From: Octopus sinensis
Taxonomy: Eukaryota
DNA length: 31,771 nucleotides
Assembly (NCBI RefSeq): GCF_006345805.1
Contig: NW_021832150.1
Coordinates: forward strand, 1-31,771
Direction: 5' to 3'
Below, one piece after another: positions 1 to 10,033 of this stretch; within the stretch, counting starts at the first letter, position 1, and the number at the start of each line of letters is the position of its first letter. A program made the position numbers and the translations under genes. The notes beneath the pieces were generated by a model. That model was not told where the DNA came from. It made no database searches and saw only the letters and a program-made list of their open reading frames with translations.

Positions 1-60
1 ATTTTACTAGTAAGATGCTGGCTCATACTGATAACAATATGCAAATATGCATACTCATAC

Positions 61-305
61 ACGCACACAAACACACACACATACATGCATGCATACATAC
101 ATACATACATACATACATACATACATGCATGCATACATACATACATACATACATACATACATACATACTCATACATACATGCATGCATACACACATACAT
201 ACATACATACATACATACATACATACATACATACATGCATGCATACATACATACATACATACATACATACATACATACATGCATACATACATACATACAT
301 ACATA
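61..305. repeat. (CATA)n microsatellite with CATG interruptions
   Basis: Tandem CATA units read directly; explains ORFs 15..367 (HTYI/MYVC repeats). Confidence 0.97.
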
Positions 306-327
306 TGTATATAATTATATACATAAA

Positions 328-510
328 GACGCAGGAGTGGCTGTGTGGTAAGTAGCTTGCTTATCAATCACATGATTCTGGGTTCAGTCCCACTGCGTGG
401 CACATGAGGCAAGTGTTTCTACTATAGCCTCGATCCGTGAATGGATTGGTAGACAGAAACTGAAAGAAGCCCGTCGTATATATGTATGTATATGCGTGTG
501 TGTGTGTGTG

Positions 511-541
<31 letters not shown>

Positions 542-762
542 TGTGTTTGTGTGTGTGTATGTGTTTATGTGTCTGTGTTTGTCCCCCCAACATCGCTTGA
601 CAACCGATGCTGGTGTATTTACCTCTCCGTCACTTAGCGGTTCGGCAAGAGAGTCCGATTGAATAAGTACTGGGCTTAGAAATAATAAGTTCTGGGGTCG
701 ATATGCTCGACTAAAGGCGGTGCTCCAGCATGGCCGCAGTCAAATGACTGAAACATACAAAA
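328..762 (+). mobile_element. tRNA-derived SINE, family 1 (CORE-like body, internal (TG)n, LINE-derived 3' tail)
   Basis: Box A TGGCTGTGTGG and box B GGTTCAGTCC. Tail GGCGGTGCTCCAGCATGGCCGCAGTCAAATGACTGAAAC at 716-754. Homologous to 23611-24020, 30126-30270 and 31595-31771. Confidence 0.9.
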
Positions 763-1137
763 GCATATACATACAGACATGGTTGGCAACTGCAGACTCT
801 GGTTTACTTAATACCTTGTAGATGGAATTTAGCAGAGTGAAAGTAGGTGACAGTCGTATGAATTTTTATATGCATGTAATTCATAAGAATTTTTGTGGCA
901 TGTGTAACTTTAGATAATTTGTATAAGCGTAACATATAACCACCGTCCAGTAGATGAAAAGAAACGCTGGTTTTTAAGAACATTATCATGAGCCACGTTA
1001 CACACTTCCTTGTCACTTCTATTAGCAATAAAGTAAAGCAATGATTAAGTGCTTGGCAGGAGTATTCGAGGACGCTAATCGTCACAAGCTGGAATATACT
1101 ACATTATATTTTGACTCATTTTATATATATATATATA

Positions 1138-1346
1138 GTTAATCCAAACATGAAAACACAAAGAGAAAACACAACAATGTGAGGACGTGGAACAAGTATA
1201 GTATTATTGGACGCTCAGGAAAGAAGGAAAGAAGGAGGGTTTAAATTTTCGAGCAGAGCACTTCGTCAGAAACATAGGAAAAGGAAAGATCCAAAGAAGC
1301 GAAGACGGAGGAAAAAGAATCGCCAACGGTACACACGCGGTCACAT
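1138..1346 (-). mobile_element. ~210-bp element in (TA)n, family A, with minimal hammerhead-like motif (putative Penelope-like pLTR or non-autonomous retroelement)
   Basis: Flanked by (TA)n and homologous to 9095-9299 and 27481-27572. Minus strand 1239-1273 reads GTTT CTGACGA A GTGC TCT GCTC GAAA AT TT AAAC. Confidence 0.75.
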
Positions 1347-1363
1347 TTTATATATATATATAT

Positions 1364-1565
1364 TCACCATGATAGATCGCTAGCTACTACACATTCTTTA
1401 TTTTCTCTCCTTGTTTCTTTCTGTTTTCCTCTCTGTAGAAGAGCGTAGGTTCGAAACGTTAAAGACTTTTTCACTTCCCGAGCGTTATACTAATACATCT
1501 GTTTGTTGCCTACTTCACCTGTCTTCGTCTTTTGTTTTTTTCTTTTTGTTGTGAATTCTCCCTAT
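1364..1565 (+). mobile_element. ~200-bp element in (TA)n, family B, with variant hammerhead-like motif
   Basis: Homologous to 22347-22531 (minus) and 3126-3302. 1429-1464 reads CTCT CTGTAGA A GAGC GTAG GTTC GAAA CG TT AAAG. Confidence 0.75.
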
Positions 1566-1572
1566 GTATATA

Positions 1573-1989
1573 TATGATTTACGTAAAGACTAGGAGATAA
1601 TCACTTTGTGTTTACTTTTGATAGAGAAGCATTTTCACCTCCATAATTTGAAGACGTCTAAGGCCAGCAGTGTCTGAGATCTGAAGATACGCCGTGAGGT
1701 TAAACCCCCTGTGAGCGAGAAACCCAGGGTAGCCCCATAAACCGACTCCCATTATAATATCAACTGATCTACATCTTAGAGTGTGCTTCTCCCCGGACTT
1801 ACGTATTTCTATAAAAGATATATATGGGGCTACCCTGGGTTTCTCGCTCACAGGGGGTTTAACCTCACGGCGTATCTTCAGATCTCAGACACTGCTGGCC
1901 TTAGACGTCTTCAAATTATGGAGGTGAAAATGCTTCTCTATCAAAAGTAAACACAAAGTGATTATCTCCTAGTCTTTACGTAAATCATA
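1573..1989. repeat. Perfect inverted repeat: 167-bp arms (1573-1739 / 1823-1989) with 83-bp spacer
   Basis: Right arm reads as the reverse complement of the left arm; both junctions and the C5/G5 run were checked by eye. Confidence 0.95.
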
Positions 1990-2790
1990 AATATGCATGT
2001 TCTGTCACTTGTGTGCATGCATCATGAACGATGCATTTATGCTGGATGCTTAGGATATTCGTTTCGCAGTCATGCGACTCCATATCTGTACTTTCTTGTA
2101 TAAGACCTTTGTTAATTGTCTTCCTCCATAATTTAGAATAGACCTAAATATTATAAGAGAATGGGATGGAAACACTCCGTCGGTTACGACGACGAGGGTT
2201 CCGGTTGATCCGATCAACGTAACGTCCTGCTCGTGAAATTAACGTGTTAGTGGCTGAGCACTCCACAGACACGTGTACCCTTAATGTAGTTCTCGGGAAT
2301 ATTCAGCGTGACCCAGAGAGTGACAAGGCCGGCCCTTTGAAATACAGGTACAACAGAAACAGGAAGTAAGAGTGAGAGAAAATTGTGGTGAAAGAGTACA
2401 GCAGGGATCACCACCATCCCTGCCGGAGCCTCGTGGAGCTTTTTTAGGTGTTTTAGCTCAATAAACACTCAAAACGCCCGGTCTGGGAATCGAAACCGTG
2501 ATCCTACGACCGCGAGTCCGCTGCCCTAACCACTGGGCCATTGCGCCACCACTTTATAAGAGAAAATAGTACGATGAACCCATTACGAGCAATAAACCCA
2601 GGATAACCCCCATAAACCGGACTCCATTATTATACTCTTCGGACATACTACCACCTGAACTTTCTGCACCTCTCCTCATCTGCACACCAGCATTCCACCC
2701 GGATTACTACTGGATATACATATGTATTTCTCTGGACTCTTCCGTTTATGAAAAATCGCTCCAATACACCACGATGCTTGAACCTTTTTT
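1985..2790. mobile_element. Interspersed repeat of unresolved class, interrupted by a SINE
   Basis: 1985-2160 plus 2564-2580 is collinear with 4203-4393. 2580-2635 (AAACCCAGGATAACCCCCATAAACCGGACTCCATTAT) matches 1720-1755. The right boundary is approximate. Confidence 0.65.
2162..2553 (-). mobile_element. tRNA-derived SINE, family 3 (head A + tail X), with 11-bp TSD
   Basis: Minus strand begins GTGGTGGCGCAATGGCCCAGTGGTTAGGGCAGCGGACTCGCGG, with box B GGTTTCGATTCCC. TSD TTATAAGAGAA at 2151-2161 and 2554-2564. Confidence 0.92.
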
Positions 2791-2866
2791 AACTTTTTTG
2801 AACTGTCTGTTTTTTCTTATTCTGTTTTTTTCTTACTCTGTTTTCTCTTAATCCGTACGTTGTTAT

Positions 2867-2937
<71 letters not shown>

Positions 2938-2955
2938 ATCTATCTATCTATCTAT

Positions 2956-3065
2956 CCCTTTTGATCGAAAACCTACGCCACCTTTTTTTTTCATCCCCCA
3001 TAAGAAAAGCTCTACTTTGTAACTTGTCCCGTCTGTGTGCAGCCCTGTGTGGCCAATAAAGAAAC
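2956..3065 (+). mobile_element. Short 3'-end fragment of a probable non-LTR retrotransposon inserted in (TATC)n
   Basis: A non-repetitive 110 bp splits a TATC array and ends TTGTCCCGTCTGTGTGCAGCCCTGTGTGGCCAATAAAGAAAC; a similar tail occurs on the SINE at 16346-16400 (minus). Confidence 0.55.
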
Positions 3066-3112
<47 letters not shown>

Positions 3113-3125
3113 CCTTTTTTTTTCT

Positions 3126-3302
3126 CCATGATTGACCGCTAACTCCAAAAGATTTTTTTTCTTTTCGCTTTCTGTTTATTTCCTCGTGTTCCTTTCTGCA
3201 GGCTCGAAATGTAAAAGACTCACCTTCCTGAGTCACAAACTAATACACCTGCTTGTTGTTATGCACCTGTTTTCGTCTTTTGTTTTCTTCTTGCAAATTT
3301 CA
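3126..3302 (+). mobile_element. Degenerate family B element (hammerhead-like core partly deleted)
   Basis: CCATGAT...CCTTTCTG/CAGGCTCGAAATGTAAAAGAC...CTAATAC...CACCTGTTTTCGTCTTTTG aligns with 1364-1565 and is followed by (TA)n. Confidence 0.65.
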
Positions 3303-3318
3303 TATATATAATATTATT

Positions 3319-3368
<50 letters not shown>

Positions 3369-3527
3369 ATATATATTATATATATATACAACATATATAT
3401 GAATAGAAATGGCTTTTTCTGATAATCTTTCCACTTTAGAATTTTAAGAATTTAAAATCTTACTGTAAGGTAGCAGCTGCTTTCTAACAAAGATACAAAG
3501 CTCCACCATTGAAGTTTAAGTAACAAT

Positions 3528-3965
3528 CTTACATTTTCAACTTCAGAAATATCTTGCATGTTCCGCTTACAGATTATAATGTTCGTGTTTCCTAGTTAAT
3601 TTTGTTTTTATTTGAGAACCCTAACCTTTTCAGATCCTCCTCTTAAACAATTACAAAATCAAGCGCACCATATGTAAATTTATAATCTGGGTATAGAAGC
3701 TGGACTTTCCGAAACAGTTGTCCATTTATATCCTCTTTCCCTTTGATTTTCGAAGGGATGTTCACAGCAGCAGAGCAACTGACTTCTATGAAGGTACATG
3801 CTTTTTCTTGCTTATCCCAAAGAGCGAAATTTGGCCAGATATTTTGCACTTGGTAGAAATTTCCACCAATATTCCTTGTGTTGATTTTTATGCATGCATT
3901 TTATATATGTTGAAGTCTCTATCCGAAAACATTTTTTTTATTAATACATATGCATATAAGTTTTT
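3528..3965 (-). pseudogene. Decayed C-terminal restriction-like endonuclease region of an R4/Dong-like (R2-group) non-LTR retrotransposon
   Basis: Frame-broken peptides HKEYWW, WDKQEKACTFIEVSCSAAVNIPSKIKGKE..NGQLFRKVQLLYPDYKF.YGAL, DLKRLGFS, SVSGT and CKIFLKLKM* resemble the PD..WD...C.IIEVSCP...N...K..EK...Y..L....GALG pattern of REL retrotransposons. Confidence 0.7.
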
Positions 3966-4202
3966 GTAAGAGTATAATAAAAGCCATAACAACGTTTTGT
4001 TGGTCCTGGAAAAGCTATCTTGGAAAAGGCAACCTAGAAAAGGAAATTGACATCTCCCTGGTAATAATTATTTCCGTTCTTCGGTTCACACTTTTGGGAA
4101 AGGTATGAAAGTCATCACTTCTGCTTCTGTTCCGATGGCCACTTGCAAAAATATCATAATCACAAAAGTAAATGTATTTGTGATACTAACTTGTGGAGCA
4201 AA

Positions 4203-4393
4203 TCATAATTATGTGTATTCAGTCACGTGTGTGCATGCGTCGTCAATGACGCAATTATGCTGGATGTTTAGGATATTCGTTTTGCAGTCATGCGACTCAA
4301 TATCCGCACCTTATTGTACAAGACCTTTGTTAAGTGACTTCGACCCTAATTTGGAATAGACCTAAACATTATGAGAGAAAATAGTACATGAAA
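4203..4393. repeat. Second, uninterrupted copy of the 1985-2580 repeat
   Basis: Shares TATGCTGGATG.TTAGGATATTCGTTT.GCAGTCATGCGACTC and shows the empty SINE site ATTATGAGAGAAAATAGTAC. Confidence 0.85.
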
Positions 4394-4644
4394 CCTGACT
4401 GGAAAACTGTTGAATTGGGTCTATATGTAATCTTAAAAATATAAAACAGTGATGTTCCACATTATGTCATGCTAGGTTCACCCGTGAATTACACTGTATC
4501 TGTGAGATACACAGTAACCTATATTACACTTTAATAGTGAAAAGGAAGCTCCGTTAGTTACATGAGTGGTATATTCATCCAGGAAACGAACGGCTAATAA
4601 TAGTTAAAAGCTGAATTTTAGGAGAGTTTTAAGAACTGTAAATA

Positions 4645-4686
4645 GTGCCCTAGCATGGCTGCAGTCAAATGACTGACACAAGTAAA
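4645..4686 (+). mobile_element. Isolated family 1 SINE 3' tail
   Basis: GTGCCCTAGCATGGCTGCAGTCAAATGACTGACACAAGTAAA matches 720-757. Confidence 0.7.
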
Positions 4687-5379
4687 TCAGGAAAAGTCTA
4701 ATTACGGGCTATATGTTCAGCTCGAGCATTACAAGCTTTCTCACTCTTGAAACAGTGTGTTTCAAAATATCTAACAATAAGTAACACATGTATTTATATA
4801 TAAGGATTGCGACATCATTTCTTCTATATAAATTTTATAAACATAACGATAATGGTACAAATCTGGGCGGCAAATCCTGCATAAATTTTATTAATATAAA
4901 ACAAAATTAAAATGTGACTGCTGTCTTGGAAACCTAAAGGCAAGATATTTTTGGCGGCAAAGTCTACATACGTTCGAATGGAAGAAAAGATAGTTTTAGG
5001 TATGTATCTAAATTTTGTACCACTCTTACTCTATACTTTATTGCCCCTCTCCTTTTTCTTGCTTGCCTATCTCACATTTCTTAACCCTCTCTTTCTTTAA
5101 CTCCCACTATTTCCCACTCGTTTATCTCCCCTGTACCTTTCTATTTGTCTCTTTTCTAATCCTTCAATCCCGCTGCTCCTTACTCATTTCTCCTCCTTCC
5201 ACGTGACTGGTGTCCGATCAGCCATGGTCTTTCTTTCTAGGCCTGACTGCCGACCGTCAACACTTCTTATGTCCATTTCCTATGTTCCTGCCTTTAGGCT
5301 TTCACTTCATACACGGCCGCTCAATTTTATCCGTTCTCAGTCGAAAAACACCTGTTGCTATTTCTTGTTGTTTGTATTC

Positions 5380-5690
5380 GTAATTGTGTACCATGTTCTC
5401 CATTTTTTGTTTGTTTGTTTTTTGCCTTTGTTGCCGTACACATTCGCTAGCTTTCTTACGAATGGGTCAAATGCACTTAGCTTAGACTTTCTGGGGGGAG
5501 CAACTCGGTCGAAACATCTCAAGTTATAACTGCTCGAAATGGCCGTGAAATCTGGAACTTGACTGAGGAAAGAAAGCCACGAATAACCCGTCTTTTTTGC
5601 CTGTCCTTCTAATTGTTGTTTCTCTTGTCCGCCTTTGTATCGTTTATCTGTCCGAATGTTTTAATGTCCTCTATTGCATTTTTGTTCTGT
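5380..5690 (+). mobile_element. Diverged interspersed repeat, family C (TA/CA-tract associated)
   Basis: Blocks AATGC..AGCTTAG, GAAAT..GCC.TGA and TGACTGA.GA..GAA.GC..CGAAT.AC are shared, in order, with the reverse complement of 14971-15300. Boundaries are approximate. Confidence 0.55.
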
Positions 5691-6154
5691 GTGTATAAAT
5701 GTATACATATATACATTTATACACACACAGATACACACATACACATAAAACTGTGAGTGTGTGTGCCTGTAAATGCACACACGTACACATACAACTACGT
5801 ATATATATATATATATACGTACACATACAACTACGTATATATATATCTATAGATATATATATATAATATATTATATATATTTGAACCGATAAAAAGGTTT
5901 TTTTTCATATTTTATGTATAAGTCTGTGTGTATATATATATGTATTGGTATAAATATCAACACACAAAAATATTTTTTCTTCCTCTCCACTTCCTCCCTT
6001 ATTTTAATTTATTTTTTATTTTTTATTTATTTTTTTATATTTTATTTTTATTTTTTATTTTTTATATTTTTTAATTATTTTTTATTTTTATTTTTATATT
6101 TATTTTTATTTTTATTTTCCCTTTTCTCTTTCTTTCTCTCTCTCCTTCTCCAAA

Positions 6155-6196
<42 letters not shown>

Positions 6197-6460
6197 AAAA
6201 CACACACGGACACACACACACACACACACCTCCACAAAACGATCATAGAAAGTGTGACCCCAAATGACATTTGTCCGGCCAGCCTACGCACAACACACAC
6301 TCAGTGACACGAGACTGGACAGAGAGCAGAGCCAAAATTCTTAGAAAACCACAGGAGGTCCAGTAGGCCAACAGAAATAATACTTCTTCTTCCCTCTCAG
6401 ATACAAACGCACACACACACACACACATACACACACACACACATACACATACACACATGT
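5690..6460. repeat. Compound microsatellite block (TA, CA, TTTA-rich) with a short unique island at ~6235-6400
   Basis: Direct reading. Confidence 0.85.
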
Positions 6461-6746
6461 TTTCTCTGTCTCACTTCCTCCTCACCCTTTTATACTGTCT
6501 TATTCCTCCCCACTAATACGAAACTATAAAATGTTCAAATTCCCCACAAAGGAATTGATTTGATTTGAAAACCCCACTGGATTGGGAGAAAGCGCTAATC
6601 CGAATGATATGATCTGAATGATATGATATATATGTAAAAAATGTAATATATAAATAAATATCTATAAATATGAACCATCCGATCTGATTACCTACATCAT
6701 TTTTTTCTAATATATAATACCTGTACATCATCTCCAAACCTTCCAA

Positions 6747-6777
<31 letters not shown>

Positions 6778-7944
6778 ATATATAATATATATATATTATA
6801 TATAAACTTATACATACATACGTGTATATAATAATATATTTGTGGTTATGGGTGTTTTGGTATATTTTTTATATGAAAATATATAAAATAGAAATATAGT
6901 GGGAACCTAAGTCGTTTATTGTTTATTTCAGTCCATCTCTGTAAGTGCAGAAGAGACTACTCTGCTCAAATTATTGGTTATAATGTCATCCTCGAAAGAA
7001 TTGCGTGCGTTAAAAACTGCATCAAATATTTCGCGCGTAAAATCCCGACTCATGTCTCAGTTCCAATTTGAATATTGTCAACAGGATACTACTCTGATCT
7101 AATGTTACTTGTTAATGGAGACGTAGATGACTTTTTTAGTGATAGACGGAAGGAGCAATGAAATGAGCCCCTAAAAGACAGAAGGGAGATTTGCATTGCA
7201 AAGAATAATAATAGAATATTTGTAAATGGCTCTGAACTGCTTTTCTGCACAAAATGAAAAATAAGTGTTCTCTAAAATTCATTAACCTTAATTTTACCAA
7301 ATTTATCTTATCTGAAAACATCTTTTATTATAAATAGTGTTATTTCGAACTAAGCACTACTGATTTAAGTAGGACTTCCCTTTAAATGTAAATCGAACGA
7401 AAGCTGCGCTAAAGAGATTTGAGGAATCGAAATGCCTATGCAGATTTATAACGAAAAAATACTCTTTAGATTAATGCAAAGTAGATTAACGTTGTCTTTA
7501 TTTCTGTAAAAAAAAAATACACAAGCTTCTTTCCTTACAAGAAGTAAAAGAATCAGGGTATCTATTGTACATAAATTTTGATTTTTAGTGAATTCTAGTT
7601 CTGTTAAACAAGTTGAGGAAATTTATACAAAAACGCCCTGGGCAAGAGAGGAATGTGCTGGGATGAACAAATTACAACAAAGTGCTTTTATAAAATTAAT
7701 ACAAGCCTTAATACAATTTTGGTATTATAAGCCATCACCTATAATGTGTTCTTTATACAATCGAATTAGCACCACTACGGGCTAGTCGTGCCTTATATGA
7801 TTAATTACAGAACGTATATAATTAGATTATTTATTCTATTTATTTACTGATATAAATGCATATCATTTTAATTATATAATATATATATATATATATAATA
7901 TATATATATATATAATGCATATCATTATATAATTATATATATAT

Positions 7945-8972
7945 ATGTTATTTTTTTATTATTTTTTTATTTATTTTATTTTATTTTTATCTAGTTTCAG
8001 CTTACAAGCTGTGGCCATGCTGGGGCACCGCCATTTGGTGTTGCTACATGATTTTACTTCACGAATGCTTTATGCAACTGCCATTTGGTGCATGAGAGAG
8101 TTCGATGCAGCTGCCCTCATCTGCACCTCCTGCCGTGAAGTTGGTTCATCTGGGACACCTGACAAGAAGAGGTCCAGTTTTGTTTTAAAAACAACTGCAT
8201 CCACCCCATGCAGGTCTCTTAGGTTCTTCGGGAGGATATTGAAGAGCTGTGGGCCTCGGAAGCCCAGGCTATCACAGTATCTCGTCCTACATCTTGATGG
8301 CAAATTTGGAGTCCTTGGCACTCTGCAGTGGCGCCCAGTTCTGGTATTTGTGTAATTCTCGATGCCAAAGTTTGGGACAAGTCCTTCTAGGATCTTCCAG
8401 ATGTATATTATGGCATATCTTTCTCGCCTACGCTCTAAGGAATAGAGTCTTAATCTCTTGAGTCATTCCCAGTAGCTTATATGCTGCACAGAGGCTATAT
8501 TCTTCGTGTAGCTTTGTTGGATAGCCTCAAGGTCTGTGATTAACTTGACACTGGATGGTGACCATAGCTGAGAGCAATAGTCAAAGTGGCTTAGGACAAG
8601 TGTCCTCCAGAGGACCATCATGGTTTCCTGGTCTCTTGTTCTAAAGGTTCTAAGAATCCATCCGGTCCGCCGCCTACATTTCATTGCCAATTTAGCAACA
8701 TGCACATGAAAGGCTGCATCATCACTCATGTAAATACCCAGGTCTCGCACTGATTGTGCCTCTGGGATTGCAATCCCTCCTGGTCCAGTGTATTCATTGG
8801 GTATTGCATTTAGTTTTGCATGCTGATAGCATAAAGCTTGAAACTTTTCAGCATTGAACTGCATGCTAATCTTTTCAGCCCACTTGTGTATTTTGTCCAG
8901 CTCACATTGCAGGTGCTTAGTGTCTTCAGGGTTCTGTATTGCCTGTGAAACATTTGTATCATCTGCATAACT
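7945..8972 (-). mobile_element. 5'-truncated LINE, CR1/L2 group (Jockey superfamily): RT C-terminal half, 3' UTR stem-loop and A-rich tail
   Basis: One frame from 8972 to 8070: SYADDT..LQCELDKIHKWAEK..MQFNAEKF..VRDLGI..GWILRTF..LVLSHFDYCSQLWSP..LEAIQ..SYWE*LKRLRLYSLERRRERY..WK..FKTKLDLFL..VPDEP..SNSL. A single TGA lies at 8463-8465. (TA)-rich flanks on both sides. Confidence 0.92.
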
Positions 8973-9094
8973 TATATATATATATATATAATACATACAT
9001 ATATATGGTATATATAATGTATATTATACATATATGTAACATGTATAAAATATATATAATATATGTATGTATATATACACAGATATAATATATA

Positions 9095-9299
9095 GTTATT
9101 CCAAATACGAACTGAGAGAAAACGCAACAACGCGAGGACGTGGAACAAGTATAGTGTTATTGGACGCTGAGGAAATGAAAGAAAGAAGGGGAATTTAACG
9201 TTTCGAGCGCAGCTCTTCGTCAGAAACATAGAAAAAGGAAAGATCCAAGGAAGGGAAGACGGAGATGGAAAATCGCCAACGATTCACACGTAGTCACAT
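9095..9299 (-). mobile_element. Family A element in (TA)n with best-preserved hammerhead-like motif
   Basis: Collinear with 1138-1346 over its full length; TA tracts on both sides. Confidence 0.8.
9193..9227 (-). ncRNA. Candidate minimal type I hammerhead ribozyme
   Basis: GUUU CUGACGA A GAGC-UGC-GCUC GAAA CG UU AAAU: core boxes CUGANGA and GAAA, 4-bp stem II, 4-bp stem I, and palindromic AACGUU in place of stem III. Activity untested. Confidence 0.6.
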
Positions 9300-9871
9300 A
9301 TTAAATAATATATATAATATATATATGTATATAAATAATATATATAATATATATACGTAATATATATAATATAATGTATAAAATATATATAATATATTTA
9401 TAATATATATAATATTATATATATATATACACTAAATATATATGACTATAATGAATATATATATATATATATATATAATATATATATAATATATATATAT
9501 ATATACATGCCTGTATATCTTTGTACATTCAATATGTCTGTAAATAGTCTAGTCGGAAGAATATATGTGGTTCTAATCACACGAATATTTACTACCTGCA
9601 ACTCGATCAAAATCTATATAATTCTATATAAGATGCGCATGCTCTGCGGTGACCTTAAGGATTTTGTCTCCAATGTGTTTTATTGTAAAACTTGAAATAC
9701 GTCTATATTGATTCCGAATGCACAGACATATATAAATATGTAAGCGCATACATACCTATGTTCCTGTATATGCGTAAGAACATAGGCGTATTCATGTACC
9801 TTAAGACAGTAAGATAGATGAGACATTTAAAAAGCAATCTCTCGTCCTTACAATTTCCGCGTACATTTTCG

Positions 9872-9909
9872 TGTGTAAATATATATGTGTGTATATATAT
9901 ATCTATATA

Positions 9910-9943
<34 letters not shown>

Positions 9944-9972
9944 GTATATGTGTGGGTGTTGTGTGTGTGTGT

Positions 9973-10033
<61 letters not shown>

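Noticed and set aside
15-600. ORFs of HTYI/MYVC/CVCV repeats (and similar ones at 9818-10442, 17259-17846, 18842-19229, 27336-27857)
   Set aside because: Translations of di- and tetranucleotide microsatellites that lack stops; no coding signal.
1826-1890. Possible HDV-like or hammerhead ribozyme in the inverted-repeat arm
   Set aside because: Could not assemble the P1/P2/P1.1 topology, nor a stem I for the GAAACCCAGGGTA reading on the other strand.
2480-2553. tRNA gene
   Set aside because: The tRNA-like sequence is a SINE head continuing into a SINE body bounded by TSDs.
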